Under the pieces are notes generated by a model that ran no database searches, had not been told where the DNA came from, and saw only the letters and a list, made by a program, of their open reading frames with translations. A program made the translations under genes and the position numbers. Below are positions 1-12,300 of a stretch of 64,000 bases of DNA, piece after piece. This stretch comes from Nymphaea colorata (Eukaryota). Position 1 is the stretch's first letter. The number at the start of each line of letters is the position of its first letter. The stretch covers positions 26,536,001 through 26,600,000 of the forward strand of contig NC_045138.2 of NCBI RefSeq assembly GCF_008831285.2. Direction: 5' to 3'.

Positions 1-136
1 TATAAATAACAAATTAACGAACATGTGTGAGAACTCAACAAGGGCATATGCAAAACCAAGCAATCTCCAAGTGAGCAACAATTCTGCATCATAAAAACAT
101 GCAATGCATTAACCATCACAAGTTCCGTGGTGTGAC

Positions 137-690
137 CTACGAACCACTCGCGAACAGCTGGACGACTCCTCCAGTTGACTCATTTAGTCCATTTCAAAAA
201 TTGCAAGTTACAGTTTTCACAAAAGAGAAAGAGAGCGGCAAAATCTTCTTCAAGCCACAAGAAAAGAATATGCTCTCTTCCCCAATATAATACCCATACG
301 AAATCCGAAATAAAGTAAAGGAAGAGGGAGTAGACCAAAGCGGCCTGCAAGAACCTAAAAAGCATCGGACAAAAAAAGGGCAGCAAACGTGCTACTCTGC
401 CATTCTTGCTGCCTGCAAGGGAGGACCCAGCCACCGGCAACAGATTCCACCGGAATGTGCTTCCAATTTAAGATGGCGAACCAGTTATGAACAAGCCATC
501 AATTTTGGGAAACTAGAAAGAAGAACAAATCCAGCAACAATCGAAATCAAAACTAGAAAGAAACAGATCGGAACCCCAAAAATCGAAACGAAACGAAACA
601 AACAAACGAAGAAACTTGCCGTCGGTGTTGCGGACTCACCGTCCGCCGCCAGCCACAAACACCCACTGGAAGATCAAAGAAAATCAAGGT
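137..690 (-). other. Probable 5' end (5'UTR exons and possible first coding exon) of a minus-strand gene running off the left edge
   Basis: Minus strand shows a GC-rich first-exon-like segment ending in donor CG|GTGAGT (~639), a TTCTTGCAG acceptor (~345), and an ATG at 183 giving MSQLEESSSCSRVVR before a possible AG|GT donor at 137. No recognisable homology. Confidence 0.3.
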
Positions 691-1662
691 TTGTTTTAAC
701 ATTTTATCGAGGTTTGGATCTGGTTCCCACCCAAAACCAGATCCAAATGTGCCACAACATACCCACGTACCCATTTTGCCGTACCGGCGTCTCGGTACAG
801 GTACGTGGGTCGTTGTGGTGTACCATGGGACATAGCTATCTATCACCCATGCATTCATGAAACAGACTTTACACGAAATGCAAACTTCACAGGAGTCCAT
901 AATGAAAATTAAAACAAATCATAGAAGCTAAACACATTCAAATTCAACTTATCCATTGTAACCATTTTGGATGCAAAATCAGAAGCAAAAAACAAAACAG
1001 ATCTCAAGGCCTTAAAGCATGCGATTGCATGATGGAAACTTACCAGAGTCTTCTTGCCTGCCGCTCAGACAACCAACCTTCCAAAGAATCCAGGCATTCA
1101 AACATATGAAAAAGACGAGACAGCAAAGCGTTCATCAAGCCAATTATAATCTTACCCTTAGGCATGAAGGACTCTTATGTGCAGGATAGATCCATCAAAC
1201 AACCATATCAAATGATTAAAACACAATGAGCTCAACAATAAAAGGATCTAGAAATCTCTCACACGTCCATGCACTCATGAAACATGACCTTCGGCAAGAT
1301 TGTAGGGCCGGAATAGTCATGACTCCAAATTGTTCTTTACGGGTTCGTTTGGTAAATGGAACACTCATAAAGTGTTCCATGTATCTGCCCTAAAAATTAG
1401 GGTAGATTCATAAAGACCTAGTTCAAGTGTAGGATTGCACCACTCTGTCTGCAATACTTGTATAAATCTCTTCTATCAATGGTACCGTTTTATCCACCAA
1501 GCTAGAGAAATAGAGACAAGGCAATATGCAGTACTGAGTTTCTGCTCAACTTCATTTTTTGTCGGTTATATGGTAGTTAAGCTGATGATTGACTTAGGAA
1601 TTCCACAATTTTATAACATAGAAAAGTTGACATTTTTTTAGACCATCCACTGATTTTACTGG

Positions 1663-1747
1663 GATGGATCTTGCCAGTGGCTTTTTTTTATAGTGAAATC
1701 CTTATGATGGATCTTGCCAGTGGCTTTTTTTATAGTGAAATCCTTAT
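1663..1747. repeat. ~43-bp direct tandem duplication
   Basis: GATGGATCTTGCCAGTGGC(T)nATAGTGAAATCCTTAT occurs twice back to back, differing only in T-run length. Confidence 0.9.
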
Positions 1748-2719
1748 TTTTCAGCTATCACTGCATTTCCACGATAGACTGTTCACATTTTAATAATTTT
1801 CACGATAACCCATGTCTGGCTTCATCCTTCATGAAAATATGGCTTCCCTAGCTGCGAAAAATTCCTATTACAGTTATAACTATCTCGGTAAATTAACATA
1901 GGACCCCTTAATAAGATGCAACCCATAGAATTTGTGTGAGATTGGAGAAATAAGGGTGGCACTGTATAATTTAGCTTCTTCTTGAGGCACAGAAAGTGGC
2001 TTACCCTCAACAATGTACTTATCATTGTCATGTGGAACTCAGGCTGCTGTCTGTAAAAAACCTACACTCAAAAGTATTCGTTGTAACATTATTTACATGT
2101 CCACTACTGGTTAGAAAAGAAAATCTATAATCTAAAAAAAATACACACTTACAAGCACTTTACTAAAGATTTTGGCACCTCATCTGTCAGGTTGTTACAG
2201 CTCAGGCCACAGCAGGCAAAAAGAAAGCATAAGCAGTTACTTGATAAACGCCCTCTGTTTTTAGAGAGGATAATCTACCCAGCATTTTTCAGTTCAATAT
2301 TTACATATTAGTTACTAACTTACAGTATTGCCAAGCTTTTTTGATCAACACATTCAGGAACTTGACCAGATGGCATACAGTCTGGCAATAACCTCAGCAT
2401 AAGAGTAGTGCATAAGTTTCATTCTTATGCATTGGGAAACACAAACCCAGAGGAAAAAATCAATGTGGATATTTAACACAGTGTTTTTAAGGTAGTCATT
2501 TTGCTTTTGTCAGGGAAATTTGAACTTGTGACATAACTACCATAGACAACAGCAAAGAATGAATTAACTTAGCCAAAAAACACATAACCTTGATTGCTTT
2601 GTCAAGTTATTATGCCAGAGGGAATGGACCCATAAGATTAGTACCTTGAATTTCTCGGGGAGAACCATGTAGCATCAGCACAAAGTTCAGAAATTAATAC
2701 CTTCATTTTTGTCCATTAA

Positions 2720-3337
2720 TACTGTAAGAATGTAAGAAAGCACTTATACATTCTTATTACTATTTTTATTGTTTACGTGAATTTGTTCATGTATATGCAC
2801 ATGATCAGTTTTTGTATGATTTGTATATACCGATATTTCTTGTGTATAGTTTTTATGTATTATTTATTTTTTGCCGCACTTCTCCTCCTCCTTCTCACCT
2901 CAGTTTGATGCTGCTGGGAGCTTTTTTTTTTTTCACTTGCTGCTGTTGTAGCTTCTCTTTCTCTCCCCCCCCCCCCACCACACACACTCTACTATCTGCA
3001 CCCCCTTCTATCTGTTTCTCGTTCCCTCTTTCTCCCAATCTCCCCCTTGCCTCGTTCTGTCTGAAAGCCATCCTCTCTCATCTCTGGCACCCTTTTATTT
3101 TGGACAAGGCATGAGAGGTGGCGAGCAGGGTTGAGTTGGTCTGGACCTTTTGGTCAAACCCAATTTCTCTCCCTCATCTCTCTTGTGTATATATACGTTT
3201 GATGTATCCTTTCTGAGAAATAACTCTAATCAAACACCACCTAATTAATACAAGATTTACCAAAAACACCCATTTACATCTATGAATTTCTATTGATCAT
3301 TTTTTTCTGGCTTATTTCCAATAATACCCTTTCTGCT

Positions 3338-3368
<31 letters not shown>

Positions 3369-3670
3369 CAGTTTTCTAACTTGTTCACAACCCTAAATTT
3401 TGAAATTTTCTATGAAAATTCAGGGGCTTATGACCACAAATATATACATATTCTGAATTACACCTACGGTAGGTAAAAATTCCAATTTACCCTTATGTTA
3501 TAGTACTTGTATTACCATGCATTTTAGATGCATAAATATCTATTTTTAGCTCTCCTTGGGCATGAATACATTCCTAATTCCCCAAGACTTGTAAAATTCC
3601 ATTTTCATACTAATTTGTAATTAATAGTAAAAGGATCAAATTTTTAACCTAAAAGCCACCGGATATCACA
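2720..3670 (-). mobile_element. Probable degenerate 3' LTR of the adjacent Ty3/gypsy remnant (left boundary uncertain)
   Basis: Minus strand reads PPT TTTAAGGGGGTAGAAA immediately followed by TGTGATATCC (TG start at 3670). Far end and TSD not identified. Confidence 0.4.
3337..3370. repeat. (CA)n/(TA)n microsatellite
   Basis: About 12 CA units followed by TATATA. Confidence 0.9.
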
Positions 3671-4053
3671 TTTCTACCCCCTTAAATAAGCTCATCCTCC
3701 ATACTGAAATTACAACTTTATATACAAGAGATCAGGGTAATTCTTTCTCATGTCCAACTCCAATTCCTAAGTACATTCTTTGGGGCTATGGTGTTGACAG
3801 TCTACTTTGATTAACAGAATTGGCTTGGTCCGAACCACTTGTTCTCTTCTATCCACAATTCTTATGGGCTTCTTTTAATTATTAGATCACCTTGCACTTA
3901 AACATCCTTGAAATCTATTACATGTTCTGAGTCTGCCACATATTTCTGAAACATAGATACATGAAAGACAATGTTGTAACAGTCTATAAGGCAACTCTCC
4001 AACTTGTTCAAGAATCTCAAACAGGCCCACATATCTTGGACTTAATTTTCCCA
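3671..4053 (-). mobile_element. Ty3/gypsy (chromovirus, Tekay/Del-like) integrase C-terminus and chromodomain remnant plus PPT
   Basis: Manual minus-strand translation across frameshifts and stops: GKLSPRYVGLFEILEQVGELPYRL...VFHVSMFQKY...PIRIVDRREQVVRTKPILLIKV..QHHSPKECT*ELELDMRKNYPDL, then PPT at 3671-3686. Confidence 0.85.
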
Positions 4054-4059
4054 ATATGA

Positions 4060-6310
4060 AGGTCATGAACTTGTGAAATTAATCAATTATAAATGGTTTG
4101 AAAAATATATGTAACATAGCAAATGAACACTCCTTAAAAAAGTATTTTTTCCAAAAGTTGTGAGTTTTGAAAACTTACCAAAGCTAAGAGTTTCGTAAAA
4201 TTAGAAATAGTTTTAAAATGTCTACAAAAAGAATTTTGCAATCATTATGAAATACATAAAAAAATGAAAAAGATCTGTAAAACAAAAAAACATTTGTAAA
4301 GCTTCATAAAATCATAAATAGCATAAACATTTCACAAAATTTTAGAAAGGTGTTAGTTTTCAAATTCTGAAACAATTGTCACAAAATTGAGCAATTTTAC
4401 TATTTCAAGATGTCACTTGCAAAAATTTTCAAAAATTGAAAAATGCACTTCGCTTTTGAAATTTTGAAAAGATTTTACTTATGAAAGCCATGAATTTATA
4501 AAACATGTGAAAGTTATGAGCTGATAAAACATGCTTTTCAAAAGTGCTAGCATTTAGAATCAGAAACAAAAGCCAAAATTTAGTAATTTTATGATTTGGT
4601 AATGAGACAGTTCTTCAAAAGTTCAAAACACTTAAAAAACCTAACATGTTCCACGACTAGTGAAAATTTTGCAATGTTTTTGAACTTTTGAAAACTTAAT
4701 TTTTCTTGTGAAAGTTGTGTGTTTATGAAACTTGTGAAAGTCGTGAGATATGTAATCATTAAAAGCATATTCAAAGTGTCATAAAAAGTTTGCATGAGAG
4801 TTATGATGCTCCACAATTTTCTAAATAGTGCAAAGAATTTCATCATAGATTTAAAAAAAATGTTAACTTAAAAAAGCCAGAAACAGTTCTCAAATTTTTT
4901 AGAAATGCGAAAATCAACAAAGAATAAGTATTAAAAAATAGAACAATGTTTTAAGCTTTAAAAATTTCAAGACTTTATGTGCTAAAGTTGGATGTTGCAA
5001 AACCTACTAAAGTTATACACATTGTCAAGTTCATCCAAAAGTTTATGTTCCGTGTAAAAAGGGTGAAAAAGAGGCAAGACTTTTGTAAAACGAAAATTTT
5101 TTCGAAACAACAATTGAAAAAATTTAAAAAATTGAATATTTTGCATGTAAACCTACAAGGTTTATAACTTCGAAAGTTGCGAGTTTAGAAAACTTAAGAA
5201 ACTTCTAAGTTTGTAAAATTAAAAATAGTTTTAATATGTTTACAAAAGTTTACACTAAAACGTGTCAAATTAGTCAAAAAATTCGTAATCATTGCAAAAT
5301 ACGTATAAAATTTAGCAAACTTTTAAGTAGTGAAAAAATTTCACAAAAAAAACTTTTAAAAAGTGCTTACTTTCAAATGCTCAAACAATTGTCACGCAAT
5401 TGAACAATTTTACTAAGTTGAAATGACAACTGAAAAATTTTCTAATTTGAAAAAAATGTGTGCCACTTTTTGAAAATTTCAAACTTTCAAGATTTGACAC
5501 AAAAAAGTTGTGACCTTATAAAAAATGTGAAAGTTAAAAAATGATAAAACCCGCTTTAAATAAGTGCTAGCCTTCAAAATCAGAAACAAATGATAAAATT
5601 CAGTAATTTTATGATTTTTGAAATGACACTTCAAAATTTTCAAAAGGTAGAAAAGGTGCTAAGTCTTTGAAAATTTTGAAAATCTAAAGATTTTACTTGT
5701 GAAAGTCATGAGATGTGTAAACATTGAAAGCAGTTTGAAAGTTTGTTTGAAAATCGCCAAATACATTCAAAAGTTTGTAGCTATTATATAACATTTAATA
5801 AAAATTTCAATCAAGAAATAATGTTATGTGGTTCCGCATTTTTTCAAATAGTACAAAGAAATTAAACAAAGATTTTTAGAAAATGTTAACTTAGAATAGC
5901 CCAAAACAATTGTCCAAATTTCCTAGAAGTGCAAAAATTTTATGAGTTCAAAACCACACTGGCGAAATTTTCCAAAATTTAAGAATACGTTAAGCTTTCG
6001 ATATTTTCAAGATTTTAGTTATGAAATGTCTTAAGCATACAAAACTTGTGAAAGTTGTGAGTTTTATAAATTAAAAACAGTTTGAAAGTAACAAGAGTTT
6101 TCTAAAAGTTGTAAGGTTTACATATTAAAAACGTTGTTGGACTACTTTTGTAAAGTCTCCAACCCTAATCTCTTTTAATAGAGATGAGGGTTACGTTAAT
6201 GGATCATTCTTTTCGACTCTGTCACTCTCTCTTGTAACATCCCTTATGAAAAGGGTGAGTTTATGAAGCTTGTCAAAGTTGTGAAATGTAGACATTAAAA
6301 GCAGTGTGAA
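4060..6310. repeat. AT-rich degenerate ~1.02-kb tandem duplication with recurring AAACTTGTGAAAGTTGTGAG-like motifs
   Basis: Alignable anchors at 4154/5173, 4501/5521 and 4861/5884 (offsets 1019-1023). Confidence 0.7.
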
Positions 6311-9300
6311 AGTGCCTCATCAAGATCCACATGCAGTACTCATGTCTCACAAGACTGCTTCTCCTCTTGTTGTACGAGGTTCATCGTATCTTTCTTACCC
6401 TAGTTTTTTCATAGTCAATACTTTTGTCTCACACATAATCTCCTAAAACTGACCATTATGCCGATGCATCTAGTTGGCCATGCATCGGCTATGTCTTCAG
6501 TCAGTCATTTATTTCAAGTACATTTGATTGACTTTTTGAACTTGATGATAGGGGCGTTACTTCTTCAAGCTCCATATGCAGTTCCCAGGTCCCACGGGAC
6601 ACCTTCTCCTCTGGTTGTATGGGTTTCATCGCATCATTTGCGCCCATAATGACACGATCATACATCATTAACAACTCATCTCTTGAGTGCTCGTTAAGTT
6701 ATAACTGTCACTCTCTCTTGCCAAGACGATGAAACGAAATGCACAAGATTGTCAATAATAATCCCAAACAAAGTTTATGTTAGTTCATCTCTATTCATCA
6801 ATGTGCATCGTAGATGCAACATTCACATACTTTACCACGACAATCGTCAGCCATATATTCTAATTTCACATAACAGACATTTTGAACTTGATGGTAGGGA
6901 CATTGCCTCATTAAGTTCCATATGCAGTTCTCATGTCTCACGGGACTGTTTCCCCTCTTGTTGCATGGGGTTCATCGTATCTTTCCTACCCTAGTTTTTT
7001 CATAGTCAATACTTTTGTCTCATGCATAACTTCTTAAAATTGACCATTATGCCGATGCATCTAGTTGGCCATACATCGGCTATGTCATCAGCCAACCATT
7101 TATTTCAAGTGCATTTGATTGACATTTTGAACTTGATGGTAAGGACGTTAACTCATCAAGATCCATATGCAATTCTCGGGTCTCACGAGTCTGTTTCTCC
7201 TCTGGTTGTACGAGTTTCATCGTATCATTTGCACCCACAATGAAACGATCACACATCTTTAACAACACAACTCTTGAGTGCTATTTAACTTATAAGTGTC
7301 GCTCTATCTTGCCAAGACGATGAGGCGAGATGCACAAGATTGTCAACAATAACCCAAACAAAGTCCATGCTCGTTCATCGCTATTCATCAAGAATGTGCT
7401 CGCAAAGGCAACATTCGCTTACTTTACCATGACAATCAGCCACCAGTTTATTTTAATTTCACATAGCAGACATTTTGAACTTGATGGTGGGGACGTCGCC
7501 TACGTCTCACGTGACTGCTTCCCCTCTTGTTGTACGGGGTTCATCGTATCTTTTCTACCCTAGTTTTTTTATAGTCAATACTTTTGTCTCACATAACCTA
7601 CTAAAGCTGACATGCATATAGTTGGCCATACATCAGCTATATCTTCAATCAGTCATTTATTTCAAGTGAATGTCAATGACATCTATAACTTGATGGTAGG
7701 GACATTGCCTCATCAATATCCATATGCGGTTCTCATGTCTCACGGGACTGCTTTCCCTCTTGTCGTACGGGGCTCATTGTATCTTTCTTACTCTAATTTT
7801 TTCATAGTCAATACTTATGTCTCACACATAACCTCCTAAAACTGACCATTATGCCGATACATATAGTTGGCCATGCATCAGCTATGTCGTCAGTTAGCCA
7901 TTTATTTCAAGTACATTTGATTAACATCTTGAACTTGATGGTAGGGACGTTGCCTCATCAAGATCCATATGCAGTTCTCAGGTCTCACAGCACTGTTTCT
8001 ACTCATGTTGTATGAGTTTCATTGTATCAATTGCGTCCATAATGAGACAATCACACATCATTAAGAACTCATCTCTTGAGAGGTCCTTAAGTTACAATTG
8101 TCGCTCTCTCTTGCCAAGACGATGAGGCGAGATGCACAAGACTGTCAATAATAATACCAAACAAAGAATATGTTCGTTCATCTCTATTGGTCAAGAATGT
8201 GCTCGCAGACGCAACATTCACTTACTTTACCATGACAATCAGCCAGCCATTTATTTCAATTTCACATAACTGACATTTTGAACTTGATAGTAGGGACGTT
8301 GCTCATCAACATCCATATGCAGTTCCCATGTCTCACGTGACTGTTTCCCCTTTTATTGCACGGGGTTCATCGCATCTTTCGCACCCTAGTTTTTTCATAA
8401 TCAATACTTTTGTCTCACACATAACCTCCTAAAACTGACTATTATGCCGATGCATCTAGTTGGTCATACAACGGCTATGTCTTCAATCAACCATTTCATA
8501 ATCAATACTTTTGTCTCACACATAACCTCCTAAAACTAACCATTATGCCGATGCATCTAGTTGACCATACAACAGTTATGTCTTCAATCAGCCATTTATT
8601 TCGAGCGCATTCGATCGACATTTTAAACTTGATTGTAGGGACGTTGCCTCATCAAGATCCATATGCAGTTCCCATGTCTCACGGGACTGCTTCACCTTTA
8701 GTTGTACGGGGTACATCGCAGTACATCGCATCTTTCCTACCCTAGTTTTTTCATAGTCAATACTTTTGTCTCACACATAACCTCCTAAAATTGACCGTTA
8801 CGCCGATGCATCTAGTTGACCATGCATCAGCTATGTCTTCAATTAATCATTTATTTCAAGTGTATGTGATTGATATCTTTAACTTGATGGTAGGGACGTT
8901 GGATCGTCAAGATCCATTTGCAGTTCTCATGTCTCACGGGACTGCTTCGCCGCTTGTTGTATGGGGCTCATTGTCTCTTTTCTACCGTAGTTTTTTCATA
9001 GTCAATACTTTTGTCTCACACATAACCTCCTAAAACTGACCATTATGCCGATGCATCTAGTTGGCCATGCATCGGCTATGTCCTCAGTCCGCCATTTATT
9101 TCAAGTGCAAGTGATTGAAATTTTGAACTTGATGGTAGGGAAGTTGCCTCATCATGATCCATATGTAGTTCCCATGTCTCACGAGACCGCTTCCCCTCTT
9201 GTTGTCCGGGGTTCATCATATCATTCTTGTCCTAATTTTTTCATAATCAATACTTTTGTCTCACACGTAACCTCCTAAAACTGACCATTATGCCGATGCA

Positions 9301-12300
9301 TTTAATTGGCCATGCATCGGCTGTGTCTTCGGTTAGCCATTTATTTCAAGTGTTTTTGATTGACATTTTGAGCTTAATGGTAGGGACGTTGTCTCATCAA
9401 GATCCATATGCAGTTCCCATGTCTCACGGGACTGCTTTCCCTTTTGTTGTATGGGGTTCATCGCATCTTTCCTTCCCTAGTTTTTTCATAGAGAATATTT
9501 TTGTCTCACACATAACCTCCTAAAACTGACCATTATGCCGATGCATCTAGTTGACCATGCATCGGCTTTGTCTTCAATTAATCATTCATTTCAAGTGCAT
9601 GTGATTGACATCTTTAACTTGATGGTAGGGACGTTGCATCGTCAATATCCATATGCAGTTCCCATGTCTCACGGGACTGCTTCCCCTCGGGTTGTACGGG
9701 GTTCATCGTATCTTAGCCACCTAGTTTTTTCATAGTCAATACTTTTGTCTCACACATAACCTCCTAAAACGGACCATTATGTTGAAGCATCTAGTTGGAC
9801 ATGCATCGGCTATGTCTTCAGTCAGATATTTATTTCAAGTGCATTTGATTGACTTTTTGAACTGGATGGTGTGGACGTTGCCTCATCAAGATCCATATGC
9901 AGTTCTCATGTCTCACAGGACTGCTTCTCCTCTGGTTGTACGGGTTTCATCGTATCATTTGCTCCGATAATGAGACGATTACACATCATTAACAACTCAT
10001 TTCTTGAGTGCTCCTTAAGTTATAAGTACCGCTCTCTCATACCAAGGCGATGAGGCGAGATGCACAAGATCGTCAATAATTATGCCAAACAAAGACTATG
10101 TTTGTTCATGTCCAATCGTCAAAAATGTGCTGGCAGATGCAACATCCACTACTCCACCATGAGAACCAAACAACCATTTATTTCAATTGAACATAACTGA
10201 CATTTTGAACTTGAGGGCAGGGACGTCGCCTCATCAAGGTTCATATGCAGCTCCCATGTCTCACAGAACTGCTTTCCCTTTTATTGTATAGGGTTTATCG
10301 CATCTTTCATACCCTAGTTTTTTATAGCCAATACTTTTGTCTCACACATAACCTCATAAAACTGACCACTATGCTGATGCATGGTGCTGATGCATCTAGT
10401 TGGCCATGCATCAGCAATGTCTTTAATCTGCCAATTATTTCAAGTGCATGTGTTTGACATCTTCAACTTGATGGTAGGAATGTTACCTCGCCAATAACCA
10501 TATGCAGTTTCCATGTCTCACGGGATTGATTCCCCTTTTGTAGTACGGGGTTCATCGCATCTTTCACACCCTAGTTTTTTCATAATCAATACTTTTGTCT
10601 CACACATAACCTCCTATAACTGACCATTATGTTGATGCATCTAGTTGCCATACAACGGCTATGTCTTCAATCAGTCATTTATTTCAAGTGAATTTGATCG
10701 ACATTTTAAACTTGGTTGTAGGGACATTGCCTCATCAAGATCCATATGCAGTTCCCAAGTCTTACGGGACTGCTTCTCCTTTTGTTGTAGGGGGTTCATC
10801 GCATCTTTCCTACCCTAGTTTTTTCATAGTCAATACTTCGTTTTACACATAACCTCCTAAAACTGAACATTATGCTGATGCATCTAGTTGGCCATGCATC
10901 GGCTATGTCTGCAGTTCCTCATTTATTTCAAATGCATGTGATTGACATTTTTAACTTGATGGCAGAGGCGTTGCCTCATCAATATCCATATGCAGTTCTC
11001 ATGTCTCACGGGATTGCTACCTCATCATTGTATCTTTCCTACCTTAGTTTTTTCAAAGTCAATACTTTTGTCTCACACATAACCTCCAAAAACAGACCGT
11101 GAAGCGGATGCATTTAGTTGGTCATCCATCGGCCATGTCTTCGATCAGCCACTTATTCCAAGTGCATTTCATTGACATTTTGAACTTGACGGTACAAACG
11201 TTGACTCATCAAGATCTATATGCAGTTCCCATGTCTCATGGGACCGCTTCCCCTCTTGTTGTACGGGATTCATCGTATCCTTCCTGGCCAAGCTTTTTCA
11301 TAGTCAATACTTTTGTCTCACACATAACCTCCTAAAACAGACCATTACGCCGATGCATTTAATTGGCCATGCATCGGCTATGTCTTCAATCCACCATTTA
11401 TTTCAAGTGCAAGTGATTAACATTTTCAACTTGACGTTGCCTCTTCAATATCATATGTAGTTCCCATGTCTCACGGGACTGCTTCCCCTTTTATTGTATG
11501 GGGTTCATCGCATCTTTCCTACCTTAGTTTTTTCATAGTGAATACTTTTGTCTCACACATAACCTCCTAAAACTAACCATTATGTCGATGCATCTAGTTG
11601 ACCACACATCGGATATGTCTCCAATTAATCATTTATTTCTAGTGCATTTGACTAACCTTTTGAACTTGATGGTAGGGGCATTGCATCATCAAGATCCATT
11701 TGCAGTTCCCATGTCTCACGAGACTGTTTCCCCTTTTCTTGTACGGGGTTCATCGTATCTTTCCTACCTAGTTCTTTCATATTCAATACTTTTGTCTCCA
11801 CACATAGCATCCAAAAACGGACCATTATGCTGATGCATCTAGTTGGTCATGCATCGGCTATGTCTTCAATCAGCCATTTATTTCAAGTGCATTTGATTGA
11901 CTTTTTGAACTGAATGGTGGGGACGTTGCCTCATCAAGATCCATATGGAGTGGTTGTACGGGTTTCATCATACCATTTGTGCCTATAATGAGAAGATCAC
12001 ACATCATTAACAACTCATATCTTGAGTGCACCTTAAGTTATAAGCACTGTTCTCTCGAACCAAGACGATGAGGCGAGAGACACAAGATCGTCAATAATTA
12101 TCCCAAACAATGTCTATGTTTGTTCATGTCTAATCGTCAAAAATGTGCTCGCAGATGCAACATCAACTACTTCACCATGAGAACCAAAAAGCCATTTATT
12201 TCAATTGTACATAACTGACATTGTGAACATGAGGGCAGGGACGTTGCCTCATCAAGATCCATATGCAGTTCCCACGTCTCATAAGACTGCTTCCCCTCTT

